64,000 nucleotides of DNA from an uncultured Verrucomicrobiae bacterium (lineage in GTDB: Bacteria; Verrucomicrobiota; Verrucomicrobiia; Chthoniobacterales; Chthoniobacteraceae), in the NCBI GenBank assembly GCA_963769025.1, contig CAVYKI010000003.1, forward strand, positions 608,001 to 672,000, given 5' to 3'. A program made the position numbers and the translations under genes. The notes below the pieces were generated by a model that saw only the letters and a program-made list of their open reading frames with translations, was not told the DNA's origin and searched no databases. Shown piece after piece: positions 53,065-64,000 of this stretch (within the stretch, counting starts at the first letter, position 1; each line of letters begins with the position of its first letter).

Positions 53065-53858
53065 TTAGGTTCCGCGGTAGGAAGCGAGCACCTCCGTGCG
53101 GGTCCACCGCTGGAAGAGGCCGCGGCTGTCCACGGGATGAAAAGGCAGCACGTCCGAGTAGCCGGGAATGATCACCTGCACGACAGGAAACCCGATTTCG
53201 GGATCGGTCAGGTCCACGACGATGAAGTCCTTTCCCAGCGTCTCGCAGATGTCGCGGGCGTGGATCGATGGTCGGGACGACCATGCGGTTGCGAAGCACG
53301 GTGATGTGCGCGCGCCGCTCGAAAATCTCGTGCGCGGCGTGGATGATCGCTTCCTCGATGTTGTTTCCCGTCGCCTTGCCGTTCGGGCCACCGATGAGTC
53401 GCACGTATTCCAGCGGCACCTTCAGCGTCCGCTCCTGGATCAGCGAGTAGCCGTCCACCCAATGAAACGCATCGTCGAGTGCGCGGATGCGATCGAGGAC
53501 CGGAGGCGTCGCAGTGGCGATGTGGCCGAGCAGGGATGCGATCGGCAGCGCGTCCGGCACCTCGTGCTCGCGTGCGCCGAGGTAGCCGGGCAGTTCACCG
53601 GTCGCGCGTGCGGTGAGCCATTCCGCGCCCTCGGCGAGCGCGCCGGCGGTGCTGCACGCGGGCGTGACGCCTTTGCGCATGGAGCGGAAGTCGAGTGCCT
53701 TCGATGAACATCGCCGTCCAGTGCAGATGCTCGGAGAGCGTTTCCTCGTGCAGCCAGAAGTCGTGCCGCGGACGGATGAGGGCGTCGAGCCGCGCGATGG
53801 TCTCGGCGGGATCGACGCAGCGATCGTGCGCGAGCTTGAGGCGGGACTGGAGCTTCAT
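53065..53858 (-). pseudogene. YcaO-like protein, internally deleted and frameshifted
   Basis: KG...ALAEGAE, NGKATGNNIEEAIIHAAHEIFERR, then a jump to VVDLTDPEIGFPVVQVIIPG. Confidence 0.75.
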
Positions 53859-54091
53859 TTGGAAAAGTCCCGATGGATCGCATCGGCTGCTGCGAGTCCT
53901 TCGGCCACGCAATGGCTCACGGACGCGCCGCCATTCACGAGAGCGCCGGCGGTGTAGATGCGGGCGGCGTGGCCGGAAACCGCTGCACGGACGCCGTCCT
54001 CGACCTGAAGTTCCATCGCCTCGATGACGAGTCCCACGGGCAGCACCGTTTCCGTGTGCAACTCCGCATGACGGATGCGCACTCCGCGCAA
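53855..54091 (-). pseudogene. C-terminal fragment of an FAD-dependent (GltD-like) oxidoreductase
   Basis: IYTAGALVNGGASVSHCVAEGLAAADAIH. Confidence 0.55.
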
Positions 54092-54398
54092 CTCACCTTT
54101 CTGATCTCTCTCATGGCGATGAGGAAGAATGGCGAGAGAAACATGGGGGCGGCCTGATCGGAATACGACCGCCTAAGGCCCGGCACTGTGCGGGCCAGCG
54201 CTCATGCAGGCTGCTGCCAAATCAAGCATCGCAGCAGCATTTGCAACCGGACTGCACGCGGCAAAATCCCAACTTGGCACCCAACGCCACACGCCGTCCG
54301 AAATCCGCCACGACGTGATTCTCCCAACCCGCGCTTCCCCTCACGACGTCGGAGGCTTTTCACCTTCCTGCCCGAGGCGATCTCCGCTAGTGGCAGGA

Positions 54399-55800
54399 AT
54401 GCCGGACAGCACCGCTCCGAAACCCGCGCTCAGCCAGACCATCGGGGGCTGGCAGATCCTGTTTTACGGCCTCGGCTCCATGCTCGGCGCGGGCATCTAC
54501 GCGCTCATCGGCAAGGCGGCGGCGGGGCTCGGCAACGCGACGTGGCTCGCCTTTCTGATGGCGATGATCGGCGCGATGCTCACCGGCCTTTCGTATGCGT
54601 GCGTGGGCGGACGCTATGCGAAGGCCGGCGGCGCGGCCTACGTCACGCAGCGCGGCCTGCGCAAGCCGCTGCTCAGCTACGTGGTCGGCATCGCGGTGAT
54701 GATGAGCGGCCTCACCAGCATGGCCACCGGCTCGCAGGCGATCGTCGGGCAGTTCAGGGAACTCTTCGGCGTGGCACTCGATGACACGACGAACAAGCTG
54801 CTCTCCATCGGCATCGTCTTTCTCGTCGGCTGCGTGATCTACCGCGGCATCCGCGAGAGCATGTGGCTGAACATCGTCTGCACCGTCATCGAGGCGGCCG
54901 GCCTGCTTTTCATCATCGCCGTCGGCGTGCGCTACTGGGGCGGCGTGAACTACCTCGAATCGCCCGGCGACACCGCTGGCCGGCGGCGCGGGATCGGGCA
55001 TCACGCTCGCGCTCGTCATGCAGGGCGCGGTGCTCACGTTCTATTCGTTCATCGGGTTCGAGGACATCCTCAACGTCAGCGAGGAGGTGAAGAATCCCTC
55101 GCGCAACGTGCCCTTCGGCCTCATCGGCGCGATGATCCTCGCCACCGTGCATCTACATGGCCGTCGCCATCACCGCCGTCTCCGTCGTGCCGTGGCAGGA
55201 GCTGGCGAAAAGCGACGGCGCCGCTCATGGAGGTGGCCCGGCGTGCGGCGCCGTGGTTCGTCGGCATCAAGCCCGTCTATCGGCTTCATCACCATCTTCG
55301 CCATCGGCAACACCGCGCTGCTCAACTACCTCATGGGCTCGCGCCTGCTCTACGGCATGAGCCGCCAGGGCCTGCTGCCCGCCGTGCTCGCGAAGATCCA
55401 TCCGAAGCGCCACTCGCCGCACGTCGCCGTCGCCGTGCTCTTCGGCATCGTCTCGCTGCTCATCCTCAGCGGCGGCGTGAAGCAGCTCGCGGAATCCACC
55501 GTGCTGCTGCTGCTCTCGGTCTTCACGGTCGTGAATGTCTCGCTCGTCGTGCTCAAGCGCCGCCCCGGCGAGCCGCGCGGCGGATTCGAGCCGCCGCATG
55601 ATCGTGCCCGTGCTCGGCGCGCTGGTCTGCGCCTCGCTCATCGTCGTCCGCGTGCAAAGTCGCGCATCACCAGCGCCGACACCGCGCAGCGCACCGCGCC
55701 GCTCATCGCCGGCGCGATCATCCTCGATCAGCCTCGTGCTCTACACGGTGCTCAAGCCGAAGACCCAGGTCGCCGATCCCAGCCTCCGGCGGACGGATGG
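54399..55800 (+). CDS. APC family amino acid permease (frameshifted; end approximate)
   Basis: GSMLGAGIY, AGGAAYV, FYSFIGFED, EEVKNP, SRLLYGMSRQGLLP. Confidence 0.87.
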
Positions 55801-55874
55801 GAATCGCAACCTAGACCGCTCGCATTGTCCGGTTAGCGTGAGTGCCAGACTTCACCCACGTCCCCGTCCACTCC

Positions 55875-56997
55875 ATGAATCCCTCTCCCCGCCTCCTCGC
55901 CGCCACGTCACTGCTCCTCACCGCGCCGGCTTTCGCGCAGCAGCGCGTCAGCCGGCCGGCAGATGCCGTCATCGTCCGCAACACCGCGGAACTGCGCGCC
56001 GCGCTGCAAGCGCTCAAGCCCGCGACCATTTTGAAAATCGCGCCGGGCGAATACCCCGGCGGCCACTCGGTGCAGGGCGTCGAGCGGCTCACCGTCGAGG
56101 CGCTCGATCCGAAGAACCCGCCGCACTTCAAGGGCGGGAACACGGCGTGGCAGTTCTCGCGCTGCGACGGGCTCACGCTGCGCGACGTGCGCGTGAGCGG
56201 ACAGCAGGCGCAACGGCATCAACCTCGACGACGGCGGCCAGCTCGACCGGCCGGTGAAAGGCATCACCGTCGAGCGCGTCGAGATCTCCGACATCGGGCC
56301 GCGCGGAAACCATGACGGCATCAAAGGCTCCGGCCTCACCGGCCTGACGATCCGCGACTGCACCATCGCCGGCTGGGGCGGCCAGGGGATCGATCTCGTC
56401 GGCTGCCACCAGTCGCTCATCACCGGCTGCCGGTTCATCGGGAAACCCGGCTTCACCGCGACCGCGGGCGTCCAGCTCAAGGGCGGCACGTCCGGCGTCA
56501 TCGTGGAAAAGTGCCGCTTCACCGATGCCGGCGAGCGCCCCGTGAACGTCGGCGGCTCCACCGGCATGGCGTACTTTCGCCCGCAGGGCGCGAAGCACGA
56601 GGCCAGCCGCATCATCGTCCGCGAAAACATCATCGAAGGCGGGCTGTGCGCCGCCGCGTTCGTCGGCGTGGATGGCGCGGAGTTCACGGGCAACACGATC
56701 CTGTTTCCCACGAAATGGATCTTCCGCATCCTCCAGGAGACGACCGCGGAGGGCTTCGCGCCGTGCCGCAATGTGCTCGTGAAAGGCAACCGCATCGTCT
56801 TCCGCCGCGCGCAGGTGCAGACGGACATCAACATCGGCGGCGGCACCGAGCCCGCGACGTTCCGTTTTGAAGGCAACCACTGGTTTGCCGAGGACCGCCC
56901 CGGCGCGTCGAAGCCGCAGCTCCCCGTCGCGGAGAAGGACGGCATCCACGGCACCGATCCGCGCCAGGCTGCTGCGGCTCCACCTCGGCGGCAGTGA
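55875..56997 (+). CDS. Secreted right-handed parallel beta-helix protein (frameshift near 56205)
   Basis: Signal peptide; LKIAPGEY, NHDGIK, GQGIDLVGCH, GVQLKGG repeats. Confidence 0.8.
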
Positions 56998-57141
56998 GGG
57001 ATCCGCAAGTTTGGAAATACTTCAGCGGCGCACTCGGTCGCACGCGATCCGCGCTTGGCGTCCAAGATGTAGCGGCCGGAAATTTATAGTCCTTGTGTTG
57101 CAAACGGCGCGTCGCGGTAATGCGAAACCGCACAACACCAA

Positions 57142-57558
57142 ATGCATACAAAACAACTGGCCGCCCTTCCGAATGCCCCCGAACTCCGCTTCCGCGGCAT
57201 CCTGAAACTCTTCGTGGCGATTGCCGCGTTCCTGGCCGTTCTGAGTCCTGGCGACATTTTCGCTCAGAGCATGGTGAAGAAATTCGTGATCATCACTTCG
57301 GACGCGTGCAACGGGGAATTTTCCTGGACCAGTGAGGCTCAGGCCATACGGGATCTGAAGGGCGAGTGCGCCAAGAGTGCGGCCCGGAAAAAGGACGCGA
57401 TGGCCCGCCAACTCGGGACCTCATATCTCCTTTTCCAAGGAGGTGAATTGGATGCTGATTCGCACATGCGCACCTTCAAAGGCGTCAGCAAAGAGACACG
57501 CTACAAGGCGCTGCAGGGTCGATGGCTTACGAGTCATTATTACTACGTAAAAAGGTAA
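57142..57558 (+). CDS. Orphan hypothetical protein, lower GC
   Basis: 138-aa ORF with a hydrophobic N-terminal segment in a more AT-rich patch. Confidence 0.5.
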   Translation: MHTKQLAALPNAPELRFRGILKLFVAIAAFLAVLSPGDIFAQSMVKKFVIITSDACNGEFSWTSEAQAIRDLKGECAKSAARKKDAMARQLGTSYLLFQGGELDADSHMRTFKGVSKETRYKALQGRWLTSHYYYVKR

Positions 57559-57685
57559 TCGGGAGTGCCTGCGCCAGCGATCCTGGCAGCTCCGAGATTC
57601 CAGCCAGTCACGTGCTCAGGCGGCGGCGTTCCTCAAGGTACGCGCGCACGAATGACTCCAGCGGCTGGTCTGTGCGCACGAGGCG

Positions 57686-58489
57686 GTGCAGTTCACCCCC
57701 GACCTCATGCCGGGCGACATCATCGGCACCGACGTGCTGGAGACGAATTCCGCCACCGGCGAAAAGGAGTTCCGCTTCATCCGCGGCCCCATCTTCTGCA
57801 ACCTGCTCCTCGCCGACGAAATCAACCGCACGCCGCCGAAAACGCAGGCCGCGCTGCTCGAGGCGATGCAGGAGAAAATGGTCACCGCCGGCAACACCTC
57901 CTACACGCTCGAGGAGCCGTTCTTCGTGCTCGCGACGCAAAATCCCATCGAGCAGGAAGGCACCTACCCGCTCCCCGAGGCGCAGCTCGACCGCTTCATG
58001 TTCAACATCTGGGTGGACTACCCGCTGCCGCACGAGGAGGAGGAAATCCTCCGCGCCACGACCGGCGGCGCCCGCGTCGAGCCGAAGCCCGTGCTCACGC
58101 AAGCCGACGTCCTCCAGCTCCAATCCGTCGTCCGCAAAGTCCCGGTCTCCGATCACGTCATCAAATACGTCACCCGCCTCGTCGGCGCGACACGCCCGCA
58201 GAGCGAAGGTGCGCCGGAAGTCACCAAGACCTACGTGAGCACCGGCGCCGGCCCCCGCGCCGGCCAGTATTTGATTTTGGCGGCAAAGGCCATGGCCATC
58301 CTCGAAGGCCGCATCCATGTGAGTTGCGCCGACATCCGCCGCGCCGCGCCGCCCGTGCTGCGCCACCGCATCCTCACGAATTTCGCCGCCGACTCCGAGG
58401 GCCTCACGCCGCTGTCGATCGTGAAGAAGCTCATCGAGCAAGTCCCCGAGCCCGGCGCGGAAGCCTACGTCACCGCCGCCGCGAAATGA
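57686..58489 (+). pseudogene. moxR: MoxR AAA+ ATPase, 5' truncated (no Walker A)
   Basis: Similarity starts at [55 protein letters not shown]. Confidence 0.8.
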
Positions 58490-58526
58490 GGCTGGCTCGA
58501 CTTCGTGGCGAAACGTCCGGGCCGCC

Positions 58527-59499
58527 TCACTTCACGAGCCAAAGGCGCGCCACGCCGCCCGGCTGAAAACCGGCGGCTGCGCCATCGAGCGTGAGGGTGA
58601 CCTTGCCGAGATTGCCCGCCATTTTCGCCACCAGCACGCTGCCTGTGACCGGCGCTGCTGGTCGGCTTGCGATCCACTCCGGCGGGAGCGACACGGACCT
58701 TCTGCCCGGCCTTCAACTGACGCGCGATTTCGCCGCTCTCCTGGAAAAGCGTGAGGTCCAGTGCGCCGCCCTCGATCCTGTCCACGTAGCCCGGCGCGCC
58801 TTCCTCGGCGATGCGCTTCGCGTGAAGCGCCTTCTGCGCGTCCTGAAATTTGAGCAGGCTCGCGTCGTCGAGAAACACGTTCCAACACATCTGCACCTTG
58901 CCCTTTCCGACGCCGTGGGTCTCGGTGCGGAGTTTGTCGCCGACCTTGATGTCCGCAAACTTCGCAGGCTGCCCGTCCTTCCAATACTTCGTCTCCGCAT
59001 CGGTCGAAATGACGATGCCCTTTTCGCGGACGTAGCTCTTGTCGGCGTTCGCCTGCGTGACAGTGAGCGCGCCCGAGCCCGCGTCGATCGCATCCACGTG
59101 GAAGTACTCCTTGTGGCCGTTCATCATGTTCATCTGGTCCTGGATGTAGGTCAGCCACGTCCACTCGCCGTTCGCGGCTTCATGCATGCGGAAAATCGCG
59201 CGGGCGCCGATGCGGAAATCCTGCAAATCGCCGAACGACGCGTGATGCAGCAGTTCCGCGTAAGGCAGCACCGTAAAACTCATCACCTCGTCGGTGCCTT
59301 CCTTGCGAAACTTCCCCGTGCGCGTTGCGAGGTCGACGCTGATCAGCTCACCCCAGATCCGCCGCATCGCATCCGTGGGGACGATGACTTTGCCGGGGCT
59401 GATTTTCAGCACGGGCTTCGCCGGAGCCGCCGGATCAGCGGCGAGGAGGAGTGTCGGAAAGAGCGCGAACGCGGTGAGGAGTGAGGTGATCGTTTTCAT
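58527..59499 (-). CDS. Secreted hypothetical protein with repeated beta modules (frameshift near 58660)
   Basis: Signal peptide MKTITSLLTAFALFPTLLLAAD; DLQDFRIG / FADIKVGD / QLKAGQKV repeats. Confidence 0.7.
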
Positions 59500-59743
59500 G
59501 GAGAAAGGCGGCGGTGAAATCGCCGGGGAAGCGGGGCAAAGCAAGAACAAGCGAGGCGGGAATGTGGAGTGGGATTATCCGGGACCCGGAGCCGGAAAGG
59601 GTGATCCGCGCACGCCACCGCACCGTGATGTGTGGCTCCAATCGCAACGGTTCCATCCGAGGCGGTGATCGAAAAACGGGGACGCCCAGCCGCTCGACGC
59701 GCTGGACGCGATCGCCGCCGCACGGTAAACGCAACGCGCATCC

Positions 59744-60319
59744 ATGCCTGACCGCCTGCCAGAAAAAATCCTCGAACGCACCATCTTCGCCAGCCGCTGG
59801 CTGCAGGCGCCGCTTTACCTCGGTCTCATCGCGGCGCTCGGCGTCTACGTTTACCAGTTTTTTGTCGAGCTTTGGCACATCATCGCCGTGGTTCTCCACT
59901 TCACGCACGGCGGCATCGATCCGCTGGCAGGGGTCGATCCCTCGACGAAGATCATGCTCGGCGTGCTGGGGCTGATCGATGTGGTGATGATCGCGAATCT
60001 TCTCATCATGGTCATCATCGGCGGCTACGAGACGTTCGTCTCGCGACTGCATCTCGACGACCACGCCGACCAGCCCGAATGGCTCAGCCATGTGAACGCC
60101 GGCGTGCTCAAGGTGAAACTCGCCACGGCGCTCATCAGCATTTCCTCCATCCATCTGCTGAAGACCTTCATCGAAGTCCGGGCGCCGGGCATCACGATCA
60201 ACGACTCATCGGTCATGTGGCAGGTGATCATCCATGTGGTCTTCCTCTTCTCGGCGATCCTGCTCGCGTGGACGGATCGCGTGATGCTCGCCGGATTGAA
60301 GTCCACGGCAAAGCACTAG
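59744..60319 (+). CDS. yqhA: YqhA / UPF0114 membrane protein
   Basis: SRWLQAPLYLGL, LIDVVMIANL, GGYETFVS, LKVKL, ISSIHLLKTF. Confidence 0.92.
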   Translation: MPDRLPEKILERTIFASRWLQAPLYLGLIAALGVYVYQFFVELWHIIAVVLHFTHGGIDPLAGVDPSTKIMLGVLGLIDVVMIANLLIMVIIGGYETFVSRLHLDDHADQPEWLSHVNAGVLKVKLATALISISSIHLLKTFIEVRAPGITINDSSVMWQVIIHVVFLFSAILLAWTDRVMLAGLKSTAKH

Positions 60320-60333
60320 CCCCGCGGGCCGCT

Positions 60334-61686
60334 CTACTCCACGGGTGGCCAGACGACGAGCACCGGGCGCCGGCTGCTTTGCAGGACGGCGAGCGAGACG
60401 GAGCCGAGCGCCTTGGCGGTGAAGCCCGGACGCGTGTGGCTGCCGATGCAGATGATGTCGGCGCCAAAGCGTTCCGCAGCCGCGCAGATCGCCGCGGCGG
60501 TTTCCTGGTGCTCGGTCACTTCCACCTCTGTCGTGATGCCGCGCGCCTCGTCTGCGTGCGGCGTGAGGGCGCGCAATTTCGCCTCAACCTCGGCCTGCGA
60601 GGCAATCGCGCTTCCGATGGTGGCGCCATGCGCGGCGGGCTCGACATTATGCACCAGTCGCACGGTGCCGCCGGGGGCGGTGATTCCGTATGCGTAGCGG
60701 GCGGCGAAACCGTGCGGCTGACCGATGTCCACCGCGACGAGCACGCGCGGACATTCGCGCACCCGCGGCCCGGTCACCGGTGTGGCGGCGGGCGTGGGCA
60801 CGCAAGCCACGCTCATCGACGCATGGCGGAGGATGCCTCGCGAGACCGAGCCATGCCGCAGCCGGCTGAGTCCGTTCCATTGATGGGTGCCGATCACAAC
60901 GAGATCGGCCTGCGCCTCAACCGCCATCTCCAGAAGCGGCGCATCGGCACGACCGGCGTTGCCGCGCACGCAGACGCGAACATTTTCCCCTCCGAGCAGG
61001 CGGGTGACTTTTTCCTGCACATCCCGCTCGAGCATCCGCTGAATCTCAGGAGGATTCTCGCAGAGCCCCACGGGGCCGGTGATGCCGAGCCGGTCGGCTT
61101 CGTCCGCGGGCCAATCCACGTGCCCCGCGATGATTTCGCACGGCCCGATCTCCCGCAGCTCCGCGACCCAACGCAGCGCGGCATCGGAACTGGCGCTGAA
61201 ATCCGTACCGACAAAAACTTTCAGCGTCCGCGATCCGCCCGCCCATTCCACGAAGGGCGCTGCATCGCGCACGACGAGCGTCGGCACGGATGACGACCCT
61301 GCGATTCGCGCGGAGGCGCTGCCCAACAGCAGTCGCGCAGCCCAGCTCGATCCCTTGGTGGATGCACCCACGACGACGAACTGCGCGCCTTGCCGTGCGG
61401 CAAACTCCGCGACGCCATCATCCGGCACACCGCGCAGCAGCTTTTCCTCGAAGATCAGGCCGAGGCCACGGAGACGTTCCGCGTGCTCGGCGAGCGGCGG
61501 ACGGTCGTCGTTCATCAGGCGGTTGCGCATGTGCTCGGGAAACTCGCCGCGCTCGTCCACACTGTGTGCAAGGATGAACGGAACGCCGAGGCGTCGCGCG
61601 AGTGCGTGGGCGACGGCGGCCGCCCCGTCGGCATTTTCAGAAAAGTCGGTGCCGCAGACGATGGGGCTGGCTGGGGTGGCTTTCAT
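60334..61686 (-). CDS. Universal stress protein (three USP domains)
   Basis: VCGTDFS / VGTDFS / LVAVD; LLGSAS / HGSVS / LGSVS...PVLVV. Confidence 0.9.
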   Translation of the reverse strand: MKATPASPIVCGTDFSENADGAAAVAHALARRLGVPFILAHSVDERGEFPEHMRNRLMNDDRPPLAEHAERLRGLGLIFEEKLLRGVPDDGVAEFAARQGAQFVVVGASTKGSSWAARLLLGSASARIAGSSSVPTLVVRDAAPFVEWAGGSRTLKVFVGTDFSASSDAALRWVAELREIGPCEIIAGHVDWPADEADRLGITGPVGLCENPPEIQRMLERDVQEKVTRLLGGENVRVCVRGNAGRADAPLLEMAVEAQADLVVIGTHQWNGLSRLRHGSVSRGILRHASMSVACVPTPAATPVTGPRVRECPRVLVAVDIGQPHGFAARYAYGITAPGGTVRLVHNVEPAAHGATIGSAIASQAEVEAKLRALTPHADEARGITTEVEVTEHQETAAAICAAAERFGADIICIGSHTRPGFTAKALGSVSLAVLQSSRRPVLVVWPPVE

Positions 61687-62657
61687 ATGTGCTCGGTTGG
61701 CAGATCGGCTTTTGTTGCAGGATTTGCAGACCGCGTGCGCGCCCTGCGGGCATGCACGAGCGATGCAATAATCGAAGTCGCGAGGATGAGGGCGACCACG
61801 CCGAGAGCCGGCAGCGTTTCGATTTTCAAAGCGGTATGGCCGAGCAGCATTTTCACGCCGATGAAGCTGAGCACCGCGCCGAGCCCGAGCTTGAGGTAGT
61901 GGAACATCCCCATCATGCCGCCGAGCACGAAGTAGAGGGAGCGCAGGCCCATGATCGCGAAGACGTTTGAAGTGTAGATGATGAAGGGGTCGAGCGTCAC
62001 CGCGAAGATGGCGGGGATGGAATCCACGGCGAAGATCACATCGGTCACCTCCACGCAGACGAGCACGACCATGAGCGGCGTGGCCATGAGCCGCCCATTG
62101 ATGCGGACGACCAGCTTGTCGTCGTGGTGCCCGCTGCTCACTGGCACGAATTTGCGGAACCATCGCACGATCGGGTTATGCTCGGGATGCACTTCCTCGT
62201 CCTTTTTGAAAATCATCTTCAGCCCGGTGAAAATAAGGAACGCGCCGAAGATATAGAGGATCCAGTGGAAGCGGCTGATGAGCGCGACGCCCGCGAATAT
62301 CATTATCACCCGCATGACGAGCGCCCCGAGGATGCCCCAGAAAAGGACCTTGTGCTGCCACTGCGGAGGCACCGCAAAGTACGAGAAAATGAGCGCGAAG
62401 ATGAAGACGTTATCCGCGCTCAGCGAATACTCGATGAGGTAGCCGGTGAAGAATTCGAGCGCCTTTTGCGGGCCGCTGAAATACCAGACGCCCGCATTGA
62501 AGCACATCGCAAGCGTGACCCAGACGCCGGTCCATCCGAGCGCCTCCTTGAAGCCGACGACATGCGCCTTGCGGTGAAAGACGCCGAGATCCAGCGCCAT
62601 CATCGCGATGACGAACAGCGTGAAGCCGCCCCAGAGCCAAAGCGGGTCCACCGTCAT
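61683..62657 (-). CDS. terC: TerC/Alx family membrane protein
   Basis: GYLIEYSLSADN, VLFWGILGALVMR, DVIFAVDSIPAI, SNVFAIMGLRSLYF. Confidence 0.93.
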   Translation of the reverse strand: MTVDPLWLWGGFTLFVIAMMALDLGVFHRKAHVVGFKEALGWTGVWVTLAMCFNAGVWYFSGPQKALEFFTGYLIEYSLSADNVFIFALIFSYFAVPPQWQHKVLFWGILGALVMRVIMIFAGVALISRFHWILYIFGAFLIFTGLKMIFKKDEEVHPEHNPIVRWFRKFVPVSSGHHDDKLVVRINGRLMATPLMVVLVCVEVTDVIFAVDSIPAIFAVTLDPFIIYTSNVFAIMGLRSLYFVLGGMMGMFHYLKLGLGAVLSFIGVKMLLGHTALKIETLPALGVVALILATSIIASLVHARRARTRSANPATKADLPTEHI

Positions 62658-62760
62658 TCAGTTTTCCTGCCCCGCCGCGTGCACACGCGAGGAAACGTCC
62701 TCCGGTGTTTGCGCCAGCACCGATTCGAAAATGTGGGTTCGTCGCATGGCGCGAATGGTT

Positions 62761-63156
62761 TCAGGCATCCGTCCGCCGGGTCGGCGTCTCTGCGCTGCCG
62801 GCTTTGCGCGCCTTGAAAAGTCCGATCAGCATCGCGATGGATGCGGCCAGCATCAGCGTGATGAGACTCGCCGCGAATTGCTTTTCCGCCTGGCCACCGG
62901 CCACCGCGATCCACCCCGCGCTGGCCCGCCAGACAAAGACGGCCGCCAGCAGGCCGGTGGTCGTCATCGCCGCGGGAAGGCTCCAGCGGGCGCCACGCGC
63001 GCCCATCACGCCCCACAGGATGGAGAGCGCTCCGAACGTGCCGCCGGACATCAGCGCCGTCTTCGCCTTCTCCGGATTCGACAGAAACCCCGCCAACCCC
63101 ATGAGTATCAGGAAGCCGCCGTAAAAAACCAGATAGCCAGCCGTCCTGGCGTTCAT
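62761..63156 (-). CDS. TMEM14-like small membrane protein
   Basis: YGGFLILMGLAGF...KTALMSGG; four hydrophobic segments. Confidence 0.7.
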   Translation of the reverse strand: MNARTAGYLVFYGGFLILMGLAGFLSNPEKAKTALMSGGTFGALSILWGVMGARGARWSLPAAMTTTGLLAAVFVWRASAGWIAVAGGQAEKQFAASLITLMLAASIAMLIGLFKARKAGSAETPTRRTDA

Positions 63157-63488
63157 TGCCGCTTCTCCCCCGGCGCCAACGTGCGCCGCTTGTCCACCCG
63201 CCGGGTTTTCCGCTTTCGAAGCTGGCGGGCAAGTTTGTCGCTCACCTTGTCTATCGCGGCGTAAAGGTCGCCGTCCACGTCGGTGGCGTGGATGTCCGGA
63301 CCGGCAATGGCGAGGTGGACCTTCACGCAAAACCTCCCACCGGCGACCGCGCTCTCGTCATGCACGAGGACTACATGCGCTGCGAGGATGCTGCTGGCGA
63401 TGTCCTCGAGACGCATGATTTTCTCCGCGACATAGGCGTGAATGGCGCCGCTGAGGCGGACGTTGCGTGGACTGAGATGGATTTGCAT
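63153..63488 (-). CDS. hpf: Ribosome hibernation factor HPF/RaiA (short form)
   Basis: YVAEKI, DLYAAIDKVSDKLARQLRKRK. Confidence 0.9.
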   Translation of the reverse strand: MQIHLSPRNVRLSGAIHAYVAEKIMRLEDIASSILAAHVVLVHDESAVAGGRFCVKVHLAIAGPDIHATDVDGDLYAAIDKVSDKLARQLRKRKTRRVDKRRTLAPGEKRQ

Positions 63489-63513
63489 GCCGGGTGGATT
63501 TCGAGGGTTTCAG

Positions 63514-64000
63514 CTATTCGCGCCGACCTGTGAGGAGCGGCAGCAGATGTGCAAGGAAGTACACCAGCGAGGTAACGAATGCGGCGACGTAAGTCCATGC
63601 CGCTGCGTCGAGCACCTTGCGGACGCCGAGCGCCTCATCGGCAGTGCCCACGAAGCCCATGCCGCTTAGGATCGCCTTGGCGCGGCGCGAGGCGTCGAAT
63701 TCCACCGGCAGGGTGACGAGGTTGAACAGCATGATGATGCCCCAGGCCACGGCCATGATCATCAGTCCGGTGTAGCCGGAGACGAGGCCGGTCATCATGC
63801 CCAGCAAGGGCAGCCACATCACGATCTGGCTGGCAAAATTCGTGGCGCCCACGGCGGCCATGCGCCATTGCAGCGGCGCATAGGCGATCTGGTGCTGGAT
63901 GGCGTGACCGCATTCGTGCGCCGCGACTCCCAGCGCGGCCGCGGAATCGCCGTGGTAATTCTGCGACGAGAGCACGAGCCGCTTGTGCGTCGGATCGTAG
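63514..64000 (-). CDS. Zinc metallopeptidase, YugP-like (partial)
   Basis: YDP, AAHECGHAIQH, TLPVEFDASRRA, AAAWTYVA. Confidence 0.92.
   Translation of the reverse strand, partial: YDPTHKRLVLSSQNYHGDSAAALGVAAHECGHAIQHQIAYAPLQWRMAAVGATNFASQIVMWLPLLGMMTGLVSGYTGLMIMAVAWGIIMLFNLVTLPVEFDASRRAKAILSGMGFVGTADEALGVRKVLDAAAWTYVAAFVTSLVYFLAHLLPLLTGRRE

Noticed and set aside
54200..54295. Sigma54 promoter near the APC permease
   Set aside because: TGGCA half-sites are present but the GG-N10-GC spacing is not met on either strand.
57050..57070. Additional copy of the CGCCAAGA repeat
   Set aside because: Only a short cttggcgtccaag match without tandem units or a partner arm.
62658..62760. yybP-ykoY Mn riboswitch upstream of terC
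   Set aside because: No recognisable consensus in the short intergenic region.

Overview
GC-rich bacterial DNA, probably Verrucomicrobiota/Chthoniobacterales-like (inferred from gene style, not proven), with many 1-bp indels that look like long-read errors. Main content: (i) a minus-strand urea operon urtABCDE-ureJ-ureA-ureB-[GxxExxY nuclease]-ureC-ureE-F-G-D behind a sigma54-type promoter; (ii) a sigma54-preceded guanidine-carboxylase locus (ABC transporter, cgdA, cgdB, carboxylase) with no allophanate hydrolase gene in the window; (iii) a sugar-ABC/aroE cluster, selO, pntAB and a yqhA/usp/terC/hpf stress cluster; (iv) several truncated gene remnants. Most notable: a GxxExxY PD-(D/E)xK nuclease gene inside the urease operon, surrounded by seven arms of a (CGCCAAGA)x3 inverted-repeat family. 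One element is translated in-frame inside UreC and one arm encodes the nuclease's own N-terminus. Also notable: a secreted protein with four apparent histone folds fused to an FG-GAP/ASPIC domain, and an AEP-primase-like protein with a PriL-like four-Cys C-terminus. All family calls come from motif recognition by eye; no searches were run.
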